Positions 34,552 to 43,700 of a stretch of 64,000 nucleotides of DNA are shown here, piece by piece (within the stretch, counting starts at the first letter, position 1; the number at the start of each line of letters is the position of its first letter). A program made the translations under genes and the position numbers. Source of the stretch: Spirochaetia bacterium (lineage in GTDB: Bacteria; Spirochaetota; Spirochaetia; SZUA-6; Fen-1364); the NCBI GenBank assembly GCA_049519415.1, contig JBEKQU010000011.1, positions 7,538 to 71,537 of the forward strand, in the 5' to 3' direction. The notes below the pieces were generated by a model that saw only the letters and a program-made list of their open reading frames with translations, was not told where the DNA came from and ran no database searches.

Positions 34552-36276
34552 ATGATACGATCTAAAAAACTCTTGCTGGTCCTTGGCATTCTCTTCCTAT
34601 GCGCGTCCGCGACAATGTGGGCACAGGCATTCCCTGTACCGCGTGAGAAGGCCGTGGTCGTCGAGACGGACCAGAAGTATCAGTACTTCAACACCGCCAG
34701 CCCCCTGAAGACCATTGGAGGATCCCAGTGGGGCTCTGGGTGGAACCAGGTGGTGGAGGAGTGGGACTGGTACCAGAACTACGCCACCGGTGAGCGGATC
34801 CTGTGGCGGACCACGGGCTGGGACTACTCTCCAGACTACACGCAGCTCACGTGGCACGTGCGCAAGGGCGTGACCTGGAACGATGGCGTTCCATACACGG
34901 CGCAGGACATCGTGTATACCTTCAACCTCTGGCTCAAGGACCCGAGCCTGAGCGGCGCGAACGTGGCGACGAACGTTGCGTCCGTCAGCGCGCCGGACGA
35001 CTACACCGTCATCTTTAAGTTCAAGACCCCTGACTACCGTTTCCACCAGTACCTCAGGATGTGGGGCGGTGCGGCGATCGTCGCCAAGCACATCTACGAG
35101 AACCAGGACCCCCGGACATTCTCCAACTGGCCGCCCGTGGAAACCGGCCCCTACAAGCTACAGGGCTGGTACCAGGACAACCAGTTGTACGTCTGGCAGG
35201 CTGATCCCAACTACTGGGGCACCAAGGTCATGGGCAAGAAGCCGGGCCCGCAGTACGTGATCTTTAGGAGCGCTCCGCCGCCTGACCTGGATCTGGCAGA
35301 GTTCGTGAAGGGCAACGTGGACATGCCCCTGCCGCACATCTTCACGATCGACATGATCCGGGCGGCCGAGAAGCAGTGGACGCATACCGTGCGCTCGCCG
35401 TACATGGATGCTGTCTCCACGGGCATCTGCGGCTTCAACACGGCCAAGGCTCCCGGGAGCGACCGCGAGTTCCGCTGGACGATGAACTACCTCATGAACC
35501 GCGAGAAGCTGCGGAAGATCTACCCCATGGCGGACTCCACGGCCGTGACCATGTGGCCCTGGCCGGACTGGGCGACCCTGCACAAGTGGGAAGTCCCCGC
35601 AATCGCGAACAAGTACGGCCCGATGCTGAGGTACGATCCGGTCTTCGCCGCGAAGGAGCTCGACCGGCTGGGGTACAAGAAGGGTTCGAACGGTCTGCGC
35701 ACTCTGCCCAACGGAAAGCCCTTCACCCTGACCCTGGTTTCCGGCGCAGCGCCTGACTACAACTACCTCGTGGCCAAGGACTTCAGCGACGAGCTCACGA
35801 AGATCGGCATCGACAATGTGCTCAAGATCTTCCAGGCTGGCATCACGGAGCAGCAGTTCTACGAGGGCCAGTACGACATCCACTTCGACGTGCTCGACAT
35901 CGGGGCCGCGTTCCCCAACGACGTGTGGCAGATGATCGACAGCTACGCCGGCAAGTGGGCCCAGCCCATCGGCACGGTGCAGAACAAGGGTGACCGTTCG
36001 AGGACCAGGCTGAATGACCCGACCCTGGACGCCATCGGCGAGAAGATGGCCCGGATGAACCCTGACGATCCCAAGTACATGGACCTCGTGTCGCAGGCCC
36101 TGGACAGGTGGTACTACGACCTGCCCTCTGTTCCTGCCACGGAAAAGACCTTCATCCAGACCTTGTCCAACATGTACTGGACCAACTGGCCGGTTCCCGG
36201 CAACATGTACCAGGTGCCTTACCAGTGGTGGCCGTCCATGATCTTCATCATGTTCGAGATCAAGCCGGTCATGTAG
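34552..36276 (+). CDS. ABC transporter substrate-binding protein, family 5 (peptide/nickel/oligosaccharide type)
   Basis: GAAGGAGG RBS. A signal peptide (KKLLLVLGILFLCASATMWA/Q) is present. Length and sequence pattern fit SBP_bac_5. Confidence 0.85.
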   Translation: MIRSKKLLLVLGILFLCASATMWAQAFPVPREKAVVVETDQKYQYFNTASPLKTIGGSQWGSGWNQVVEEWDWYQNYATGERILWRTTGWDYSPDYTQLTWHVRKGVTWNDGVPYTAQDIVYTFNLWLKDPSLSGANVATNVASVSAPDDYTVIFKFKTPDYRFHQYLRMWGGAAIVAKHIYENQDPRTFSNWPPVETGPYKLQGWYQDNQLYVWQADPNYWGTKVMGKKPGPQYVIFRSAPPPDLDLAEFVKGNVDMPLPHIFTIDMIRAAEKQWTHTVRSPYMDAVSTGICGFNTAKAPGSDREFRWTMNYLMNREKLRKIYPMADSTAVTMWPWPDWATLHKWEVPAIANKYGPMLRYDPVFAAKELDRLGYKKGSNGLRTLPNGKPFTLTLVSGAAPDYNYLVAKDFSDELTKIGIDNVLKIFQAGITEQQFYEGQYDIHFDVLDIGAAFPNDVWQMIDSYAGKWAQPIGTVQNKGDRSRTRLNDPTLDAIGEKMARMNPDDPKYMDLVSQALDRWYYDLPSVPATEKTFIQTLSNMYWTNWPVPGNMYQVPYQWWPSMIFIMFEIKPVM

Positions 36277-36325
36277 ACGGATTGATCAACCCGGTCCGGC
36301 CCTGAGGGCCGGAACAGACAATCAA

Positions 36326-36362
36326 GCCACTCGGGGGGCTCGCCCCTCGAGTGGCGATTTTT
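36326..36362 (+). terminator. Intra-operon rho-independent terminator/attenuator after the SBP gene
   Basis: GCCACTCGGGGGG-CTCG-CCCCTCGAGTGGC (12 of 13 paired) is followed by GATTTTT. A second hairpin, CCGGCCC-tga-GGGCCGG, lies at 36296-36312. Confidence 0.65.
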
Positions 36363-36383
36363 GTGCGGAGGGCATTAGGGACC

Positions 36384-37391
36384 ATGAAGAAAATGCTCTG
36401 GTACTTCGTGAGGAAGATCCTTGTCTACACCCTCGTCTTCTTCGTGGCACTCACGGTTTTTTATTTCGTGCTCCAGCTCGCGCCTGGCGACCCGGTGCTC
36501 CGGTACGTTCGCGAGATGGAGAGCCGCTACGGATACAACACGGGCACCACAGAATCGGGAGCCCAATTGTTCCGCAGCCAGTTCGGCCTGGACAAGCCCG
36601 TCCCGATCCGTTACCTCTCCTTCATGAAGGAGCTGCTGTTCCACGGGAATTTCGGCCCCTCCATCGTTTCCTATCCCGTGCCGGCACAGGTCGGGGTGTT
36701 TCAGGCCCTTCCCTGGAGCATCGGCCTGCTCGGTGTCTCGGTGATCATATCGTGGATCCTTGGTATGGGGCTCGGCACGGTGCTGGGGTGGCGGCGTGGC
36801 AAGGCGTTGGATTCCATCGCAACACCGTTCGCCATAACACTGGCCCAGATGCCGCAGTACCTTATGGCCATCCTTCTCTCCATGATCTTCGTCTATGTCA
36901 TCGCCGTATTCCCCGCCGGCGGCGCGTACTCCGCGGCGCTGAAGCGGTCGTGGAGCCTTCCCTTCATTGGCAGCCTGATCTACCACGCACTCCTCCCCTC
37001 GCTGTCCATGGTGATAGTCGGCGTCCTGGGATGGTCGCTTGGACAACGAGCCATGGTCATCAACCTCCTGGGGGAGGACTACATGCGCCTGGCAGAGGCC
37101 AAGGGGCTTCCGCGCGGGCGCCTCATTAACCGCTACATATTGAGAAACACGATGCTTCCTCAGACAACGGGCCTCGCCCTGAGCCTGGGGGGCGTGGTGA
37201 ACGGGTACTTCCTCATCGAGTGGATCTTCCGCTACCCCGGGATCGGATCGCTCTTCGTGAACGCCATACGGACAATCGACTACAACGTGCTCCTCTGCAT
37301 CGTCGTGATCGCCATGCTCATGGTGCTCCTGGCGAACCTCATCATAGAGTTCCTGTATCCGCTTATTGACCCAAGAATCAGGCGGGGGTAG
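36384..37391 (+). CDS. ABC transporter permease (OppB/DppB-like)
   Basis: Six TM segments. The binding-protein-dependent transport motif region is EDYMRLAEAKGLPRGRLINRYILRN. Confidence 0.85.
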   Translation: MKKMLWYFVRKILVYTLVFFVALTVFYFVLQLAPGDPVLRYVREMESRYGYNTGTTESGAQLFRSQFGLDKPVPIRYLSFMKELLFHGNFGPSIVSYPVPAQVGVFQALPWSIGLLGVSVIISWILGMGLGTVLGWRRGKALDSIATPFAITLAQMPQYLMAILLSMIFVYVIAVFPAGGAYSAALKRSWSLPFIGSLIYHALLPSLSMVIVGVLGWSLGQRAMVINLLGEDYMRLAEAKGLPRGRLINRYILRNTMLPQTTGLALSLGGVVNGYFLIEWIFRYPGIGSLFVNAIRTIDYNVLLCIVVIAMLMVLLANLIIEFLYPLIDPRIRRG

Positions 37392-37393
37392 GC

Positions 37394-38299
37394 ATGTCAA
37401 GCTCAGACAGACCCAGGGTACGGACCGGCGGCATCTTTACCATCGCAAGGCTGCTCCGCGAGTCTCCCATACTCGTGGTCGGGATCACTATCTTCGGGCT
37501 CCTCGTGCTCGTGGCCATCTTCGAGCCCGTCATCAACAACGCTCTTCTGCACGGGAACCGCTCCACCGAACTCGGCCTCTACGATGTGCACATGCCCAGC
37601 TCGCGGGAGCACTTCTTCGGCACTGACGAGCGCGGCAGGGACGTGCTGGCCCTGCAGTTCACCGGCCTCAGGAACTCCCTCCTGGTCGGCATGCTGGCCG
37701 GCGCGATGTCGCTAGGCATCTCAGTGATCCTTGCCACTGTCGCGGGGTACGTCGGCGGGAGGACGGAGACGGTCATCACCGCCATTACGAACTCGTGGCT
37801 CATCATCCCGTCATGGCCGGTCATCGCAATCCTGGTGCTCTACGTCGCGAAGGTGAGCCTCCTGGACCTCGCCCTGGTCCTCGCCGCCTTCGGCTGGCCC
37901 TCGGCAACCCGCGTCATGACGGCGCAGATCGCGAGCCTCAAGTCCAGGCCCTACGTGGACCTCGCCAAGCTTAACGGCTTCAGGAGCGCCTCCATCATGT
38001 TCCGGGAGGTGCTGCCCAACTTCCTCCCCTACATCGTCCTGAGCTTCTCCTACGCCGTGGCCTACAATATCATGGCGGAGACCGGGCTCCGCGTCATCGG
38101 GCTGGGACCCCAGACAGTGGTGTCCCTGGGCGAGCTAATCAACTTCTCCCTGTACGCCGGGACCCTGGCGCAGGGGTACTACCTTGTCGCCCTGTGCCCC
38201 ATCGTCATGCTCGTGCTCATCTTCGCCTCGTTGAACTTCATCAACCTCGGGATGGAAGAGGTGTACAACCCCCGGCTGAAGAAGATCACGGGGCTGTAG
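37394..38299 (+). CDS. ABC transporter permease (OppC/DppC-like)
   Basis: Polytopic protein. The motif region is SRPYVDLAKLNGFRSASIMFREVLPN. Confidence 0.85.
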   Translation: MSSSDRPRVRTGGIFTIARLLRESPILVVGITIFGLLVLVAIFEPVINNALLHGNRSTELGLYDVHMPSSREHFFGTDERGRDVLALQFTGLRNSLLVGMLAGAMSLGISVILATVAGYVGGRTETVITAITNSWLIIPSWPVIAILVLYVAKVSLLDLALVLAAFGWPSATRVMTAQIASLKSRPYVDLAKLNGFRSASIMFREVLPNFLPYIVLSFSYAVAYNIMAETGLRVIGLGPQTVVSLGELINFSLYAGTLAQGYYLVALCPIVMLVLIFASLNFINLGMEEVYNPRLKKITGL

Positions 38300-38314
38300 A
38301 GCCAGAGGGAGCCT

Positions 38315-39289
38315 ATGGAATCACTTCTCGAGGTGAAAGGCCTGAACGTCTCCGTGCGGACCATCGCAGGAAACATGAATATCACGGACAATGTCTCCTT
38401 CGGCGTCTACGAGAAGGAGATCCTCGGCATCGCCGGGGAATCGGGATGTGGCAAGTCCACGGTTGTGGAGACGGTGCTGAACCTCATCGTCGCCCCCCGG
38501 TACATAGAAAGCGGGCAGGTGCTGCTCAAGGGCAGGGACCTCCTCACGCTGAGCCCGCGCGATCTCCAGAATGTCCGGTGGAAGGAGGTCGCGTACGTGC
38601 CTCAGGGCTCCATGAACACCCTGAACCCGGTGCTGAAGATCGAGGAGCAGATCGTCGATGCCATCATCTGCCACTCCAAGCTCAGTAAGGCACAGGCCAA
38701 GGAAGCAGCGGTAGCCGCGCTCCGGTCCGTGGGGATGTCGCCGGACGTCGCGCGGATGTACCCGCACGAGCTCTCGGGAGGCATGCGGCAGCGGGTGTGC
38801 ATCGGCCTGAGCACGGCCCTCAAGCCCGCCGTCATCCTCGCGGACGAGCCCGTCACAGCCCTGGACGTGGTGATGCAGCGACTCAACCTGGAGACCCTGG
38901 CCCGGCTCCGCGACCAGGACGGCATCACGGTTGTCATGGTCACCCACGACATGGCGTGCCACGCCGAAATCTGCGACAGGGTGTGCGTCATGTACGCCGG
39001 GAGGGTCGCAGAAATCGGCGAGACACGGACGCTCTTCGCCGAGCCCCTGCACCCCTATACCCAGGGGCTCCTCAGGGCGGTCCCTTCCATCCAGAACAGG
39101 CACTCGGAGAGCATCCCCGGTATAGCGCCCAGCCCCACGGCCTGGCCCAAGGGATGCAGGTTCCACCCCCGCTGCAAGCAGGCCATGGAAATATGCTCGC
39201 GCGAGGTTCCGCCGCTCCGCGAGATCAGGCCAAAGCGCCTCGTGGCCTGTCACCTGTACAATGCAGAGGGAGGGGCGCGGAATGGCTGA
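38315..39289 (+). CDS. ABC transporter ATP-binding protein (OppD/DppD-like)
   Basis: Walker A GESGCGKST, signature LSGGMRQRV and Walker B ILADEPVTALD are present, with the C-terminal oligopeptide-ABC tail (CRFHPRC). Confidence 0.9.
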   Translation: MESLLEVKGLNVSVRTIAGNMNITDNVSFGVYEKEILGIAGESGCGKSTVVETVLNLIVAPRYIESGQVLLKGRDLLTLSPRDLQNVRWKEVAYVPQGSMNTLNPVLKIEEQIVDAIICHSKLSKAQAKEAAVAALRSVGMSPDVARMYPHELSGGMRQRVCIGLSTALKPAVILADEPVTALDVVMQRLNLETLARLRDQDGITVVMVTHDMACHAEICDRVCVMYAGRVAEIGETRTLFAEPLHPYTQGLLRAVPSIQNRHSESIPGIAPSPTAWPKGCRFHPRCKQAMEICSREVPPLREIRPKRLVACHLYNAEGGARNG

Positions 39290-40277
39290 ACCGCTTCTCG
39301 AGCTCAATAACATCGCAAAGGTCTTCACCCGCGCCAGCTTCGGCGTCGGCGGGCGGAAGACCGTCCAGGCCCTGGACGATGTCACGCTCATCCTGCCGGA
39401 CAAGCCCCAGGTTTTCGCGCTCGTGGGGGAAAGCGGCAGCGGCAAGACGACCCTGTCCAGGATCGTCATTGGCCTCGAGCAGCCTTCGGGGGGTACGGCC
39501 TTGTACCGCGGCAGGCCGGTCCGGGACTGGGTAAGGCGGCACATGAAGCAGTACCGGCGGGAGGTGCAGGTCATCTTCCAGGACCCCTACGCCACGTACA
39601 ACCCCTTCTATCGGGTGGATCGCGTGCTCTGGTCCGTGGTCCGGAACTTCCACCTCGCGGAGAATAAAGAAAGAGGAAAGAGGATGATCGACGGTGCGCT
39701 AGAGGCGATGGGTCTTCGGCCGCAGGAAATCCTTGGCCGTTACCCCCACCAGCTCTCCGGCGGCGAGCGGCAGCGCATCATGCTGGCCCGCGTGTATCTC
39801 CTGCGCCCCAAGCTGCTCGTGGCCGACGAGCCGGTCTCCATGCTCGACGCATCGCTCAGGGCGATGTTCCTGGATCACCTGCAGGCCTTCAAGGACCTGG
39901 GTGTCAGCTGCCTTTACATCACCCATGACCTCAACGTGGGCTACTTCATAGCCGACCAGATCCTCATCCTCTGCCTGGGCAGGACCGTGGAGTGGGGGGA
40001 GTCGGATCATATCGTCAAGGATCCCCTGCATCCCTATACGCAGGAGCTGATTTCCTCCATTCCCAATCCCAACCCCGAGAAAAAGTGGACCGAGCGGCTG
40101 CAGGCGGAAAAGATCGGGCTGAATGAGCTGCGCCAGGCCAGGACAGCGGCGGGCTGCATCTATGCTCAGCGCTGCCCGCGTGTCATGGATAAGTGCAGAC
40201 ACAACAACCCCCCCCTCAAGCGCGTAAAGGGCCACGAAGGCGACTCCCGGGAAGTGGCCTGCTTCCTCTACGAATGA
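39282..40277 (+). CDS. ABC transporter ATP-binding protein (OppF/DppF-like)
   Basis: Walker A GESGSGKTT, signature LSGGERQRI and Walker B LVADEPVSMLD are present. ATG 39282 overlaps the upstream stop. Confidence 0.9.
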   Translation: MAEPLLELNNIAKVFTRASFGVGGRKTVQALDDVTLILPDKPQVFALVGESGSGKTTLSRIVIGLEQPSGGTALYRGRPVRDWVRRHMKQYRREVQVIFQDPYATYNPFYRVDRVLWSVVRNFHLAENKERGKRMIDGALEAMGLRPQEILGRYPHQLSGGERQRIMLARVYLLRPKLLVADEPVSMLDASLRAMFLDHLQAFKDLGVSCLYITHDLNVGYFIADQILILCLGRTVEWGESDHIVKDPLHPYTQELISSIPNPNPEKKWTERLQAEKIGLNELRQARTAAGCIYAQRCPRVMDKCRHNNPPLKRVKGHEGDSREVACFLYE

Positions 40278-42361
40278 AAGAGCCCGCGCCTGTCCCAACG
40301 CTCGCGTGCACGCGCTTCGATCAAGGTTACACCCCGACCTGTCTGAGCAATGGCCTGATCGGGGTGACGCCGGGTCCCAACCCGCTTCTGCAGGGGAAAA
40401 CCCTTGTCAGCGGCTACGTTTTTTCGCATCCCCTGTACGGTTTCGAAAATCTCGCGCTTGCCCCTTACCCGCTCGGATTGGATCTTTGCTGCCAGGGCCG
40501 CAGGATGCGGGCTGAGCCTGGGTCGGTCACCTTTCACAGCCAGGCTCTCTCAATGGAGAACGGCGAGCTTCTCACCCGCATGAGCTTTACCGCCGGGAGC
40601 GAACGCTTCGAGCTTGAAGTCCTCCAATTCGTCAGCCGATCGGTGCCCTGCCTCGTATGCCAGGAGGTCCGGATCTCCACTGACGCTAACCGCGAGCTTG
40701 AAGTCACGACCTCCATCGATGCTGAAGGGAGCAGCGGCGCCCCGTTCACCGGTGATACGGATCGGTTCACCCGGGGATGGTACCAGGAAGACCTGGCGGA
40801 TCGATGCGTGGGATACGCCACGGACAGGAGCAGGCTGGGAATCGCCACGATCGCAGCCCGCGGACCGGAGGTGACCCGGAAGGGTCCCGGCGCGTATTCG
40901 GTCCGGGTTTCCCGGAACGCACCGGCCTTTTTCCGAGTGCTCGCCGCGCTGGTGCCTGACCTGTACAGCGAAACGGATCCTCACCTGGATGCAATCAGGC
41001 TGGCGCGATGGGGTGAAATGCTCGGGTTCCAGACCCTGAGGAACGACAACAGGGAGGCATGGAAGGACCTGTGGAGATCGAGGATAAAAATAGAAGGAAG
41101 CCAGGACGATCAGCGGGCCATGGACACGGCCTTCTATTACTACCATTCCAACATCCATCCCTCCAGCCGGGCAGGCATGCCGCCGTTCGGGCTCGCCCAT
41201 CATGACAAATACTTCGGCCACAATTTCTGGGACATGGACCTGTGGATGCTCATTCCCGCCCTCCTGACTGCCCCGCATTCAGCGCGAGCCATCGAGGAAT
41301 ACCGGCTGCGGGGATTGGACGCCGCGCAGCGGAAAGCCTGGCTGTTCGGTTACCGTGGCGCACAGTACCCGTGGGAGGCGTCCGTGGCAGGGTGGGAGGC
41401 CACTCCATCGTGCTGCCCAACCGGTTGGGCAGAGCAGCATGTGACTCCGGGGATAGCAATCGGCGCGTGGGAATACCAGTGCGCGCTCGGAGACCGTGAG
41501 ACCATGCGCTCCCTCACCTGGCCGATTGTGAAGAACGCGGCTGAATGGATCGAAAGCAGGGGACGGTTCACGGACAGGGGATTCGAGATCGGCCACATGA
41601 TGGGCCCGGACGAGGGCATCACAAACCTTTCCAACCAGACCTATTTCAACCTCCTGTCCAAGATGGCTCTCTCCGCGGCCATCGCCTGCTGCAGGTCCCT
41701 CGGCATGACGCCGCCTCAAGCCTGGCCTCGAATATGCAAGCACATGGTCATCCCCCGGGATCGGGATTCGGGCGTTGTTTTGCCCTTTGACCTTCAGAAC
41801 ACGGTCCGGGTGTTCAATCCAGAGCTCCGGGTCTTCGAGGAGAAGGTCGCCTCCGAAAGCCGGGAGACCTACTCCCTGGGAAACCTCCACTTCCTCTTCA
41901 TCCACGGCTGCCCGGTGGACGAGCGGTCTTTCCGCGCCACCTATTTTCACGAAGAAAAGCTCCGGCTTGCGCGTCTGGCAGCCGGCGAAATGGCCGACAT
42001 GGCAGGGTTTGTTTTTCCTCCCTACTCCGCGTGCGCAGCATTCTGCGGCGAGCGGAAAAAATCCGCAGAGCTTTTCGTCAATGCCTGGAAACCCTACTGG
42101 ACGGAGCCTTTCGGCATGACCCGCGAATGCCCCTCCCATTCCTACGGGGGATTCGTTACGAACTATGGCTCTCTCCTGCAAGGCGTCCTGCTCGGTTTCA
42201 CCGGCCTTCGCATCGGCCAGGCGGATCCGGTGCGGTATGCCGCTGCATTCCCTGAGGGCTGGGAGAGGATCGCCGTTGACCGGATATGGCTCCGCGGCAG
42301 GCCAATGCGCATGAGCGTGGAGCACGGCAGGCGCGCGGTTCTAGCGCCCGCAGGGGAGTAA
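40274..42361 (+). CDS. Glycoside hydrolase family 65-like protein (glycoside phosphorylase/hydrolase)
   Basis: The central region (GHNFWDMDLWMLIPALL...ARAIEEYRLRGLDAAQRKA..GYRGAQYPWEAS) matches the GH65 catalytic-domain pattern. ATG 40274 overlaps the ATPase stop as ATGA. Confidence 0.7.
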   Translation: MKEPAPVPTLACTRFDQGYTPTCLSNGLIGVTPGPNPLLQGKTLVSGYVFSHPLYGFENLALAPYPLGLDLCCQGRRMRAEPGSVTFHSQALSMENGELLTRMSFTAGSERFELEVLQFVSRSVPCLVCQEVRISTDANRELEVTTSIDAEGSSGAPFTGDTDRFTRGWYQEDLADRCVGYATDRSRLGIATIAARGPEVTRKGPGAYSVRVSRNAPAFFRVLAALVPDLYSETDPHLDAIRLARWGEMLGFQTLRNDNREAWKDLWRSRIKIEGSQDDQRAMDTAFYYYHSNIHPSSRAGMPPFGLAHHDKYFGHNFWDMDLWMLIPALLTAPHSARAIEEYRLRGLDAAQRKAWLFGYRGAQYPWEASVAGWEATPSCCPTGWAEQHVTPGIAIGAWEYQCALGDRETMRSLTWPIVKNAAEWIESRGRFTDRGFEIGHMMGPDEGITNLSNQTYFNLLSKMALSAAIACCRSLGMTPPQAWPRICKHMVIPRDRDSGVVLPFDLQNTVRVFNPELRVFEEKVASESRETYSLGNLHFLFIHGCPVDERSFRATYFHEEKLRLARLAAGEMADMAGFVFPPYSACAAFCGERKKSAELFVNAWKPYWTEPFGMTRECPSHSYGGFVTNYGSLLQGVLLGFTGLRIGQADPVRYAAAFPEGWERIAVDRIWLRGRPMRMSVEHGRRAVLAPAGE

Positions 42362-42366
42362 CGCAC

Positions 42367-42395
42367 TTGACAGCGCGGTGAAGCTGGGCGATTCT
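42367..42395 (+). promoter_or_regulatory. Possible promoter of the cNMP-PP2C gene
   Basis: TTGACA-17 nt-GATTCT (weak -10); ATG 42408 begins 13 nt after it. Confidence 0.3.
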
Positions 42396-42407
42396 GGCAC
42401 AAGGGTC

Positions 42408-43700
42408 ATGGACGACGATCTTCTTCCCATTCTCACCGGCAATACGCTCCTGCAAGGCCTGACAAGCGAACAGATCCTGCAGGTGCAGTCCCTGGTGCGC
42501 AAGGAAACCTTCTCTGCCGGCGCCGTCATCTTCCGGCAGTCCGAGGCGCCCGACCGGGTGCATCTGCTTGCGGAGGGCAAGGTCCAGGTGCGCAGCAGCC
42601 TGCCTGGCGCCCGCGACGGGGAGGAGATCGTGGACATCACGCCGGGGAGCTTCTTCGGAGAGATGGCCGTCATCAGCGGAGCGCCGCGGCATTCGTCGAG
42701 CGTCGTGGCCCTGACTCCGGTCACAACGCTGTCCCTGACCGCGGATGATTTCATGCGCCTTCTCATCGACCACCCCGAAACCATCCGCAACGTCCTTTCC
42801 CGAATAGTCCTGCAGCTTCAGGGAATGAACAACCGTTGGCTGGAGACCCTGCGCGTGGAAAAGGAAGTGCTGGAGTGGAAGGTGCGCGAGCGCACCCAGG
42901 AGCTGGAGGAAATGAACCAGCGGGTCCACAGGGAGCTCATCCTCGCGCAGACCATCCAGCGCAACCTTCTCCCTGAGAAGCGTAAGAGCTTTCCCGGCAT
43001 CACCATAGCAACCGACTACATCCCCTGCGACGAGCTGGGCGGAGACATCACGGGCGTTTTCCAGATCGACGAGAGCCGGCTGGGCGTATACGGCGGGGAC
43101 GTGTGCGGCCACGGCATCTACGCCGCAATGGTGATGAGCTACGTGAAGAAGCTTATCGAGACCTCGGTGAAGAGGATCCTCCTCAACCGGCAGTATATCG
43201 TAAAGCCGCCGGGAGCCGTGCTCACGGCGATCAACCAGAGCTTCATGGCGGAGATCAGCCAGGGCGATCCCGAGATCTACCTCACCCTGTTCCTCGGGGT
43301 CCTGGACATGCGGAAGCTCACCTTCGAGTACTCTTCAGCAGGGACCCACGTGCCGCCCCTCGTGCTCTCGGCCGGCGCGGCAGCGGAGCTTTTCCATCAG
43401 TCCGATTTTCCCATCGGCCACGTGGCCAACCACGAGTATGCGACCTCTCGTCGTCAGTTCGCCCCCCACGACGTGTTCCTGTTCGTGAGCGACGGCGTGA
43501 TCGAAGCGCGCCGTGGGCAGTCCACGTTCGGCATGGACCGGCTGAAATCGGAGCTGATCCGCATCCAGGAGGCGGCCGGAACCGTGGACGTGGAGAGCGT
43601 CATGGTCTCGGTTCGGAGCTTCCTCGGGGACGAACCGCCTCAGGATGACATGTGCCTGCTCACGATCGCTTTCGGACGGCAGGAAGATCTGGCCAGATGA
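42408..43700 (+). CDS. Cyclic-nucleotide-binding domain / PP2C (SpoIIE-type) phosphatase fusion
   Basis: The N-terminal cNMP-binding pattern is FGEMAVISGAPRHSSSVVA. A coiled linker follows. The SpoIIE/PP2C motifs are DYIPCDELGGD, DVCGHG and LFVSDGV. Confidence 0.8.
   Translation: MDDDLLPILTGNTLLQGLTSEQILQVQSLVRKETFSAGAVIFRQSEAPDRVHLLAEGKVQVRSSLPGARDGEEIVDITPGSFFGEMAVISGAPRHSSSVVALTPVTTLSLTADDFMRLLIDHPETIRNVLSRIVLQLQGMNNRWLETLRVEKEVLEWKVRERTQELEEMNQRVHRELILAQTIQRNLLPEKRKSFPGITIATDYIPCDELGGDITGVFQIDESRLGVYGGDVCGHGIYAAMVMSYVKKLIETSVKRILLNRQYIVKPPGAVLTAINQSFMAEISQGDPEIYLTLFLGVLDMRKLTFEYSSAGTHVPPLVLSAGAAAELFHQSDFPIGHVANHEYATSRRQFAPHDVFLFVSDGVIEARRGQSTFGMDRLKSELIRIQEAAGTVDVESVMVSVRSFLGDEPPQDDMCLLTIAFGRQEDLAR

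Noticed and set aside
36375-42325. Long antisense ORFs across the ABC transporter and GH65 genes (36375-37400, 38321-39574, 39699-40298, 41279-42325).
   Set aside because: All lie opposite genes with clear motifs. Their translations are low-complexity and Arg/His/Pro/Gly-rich.
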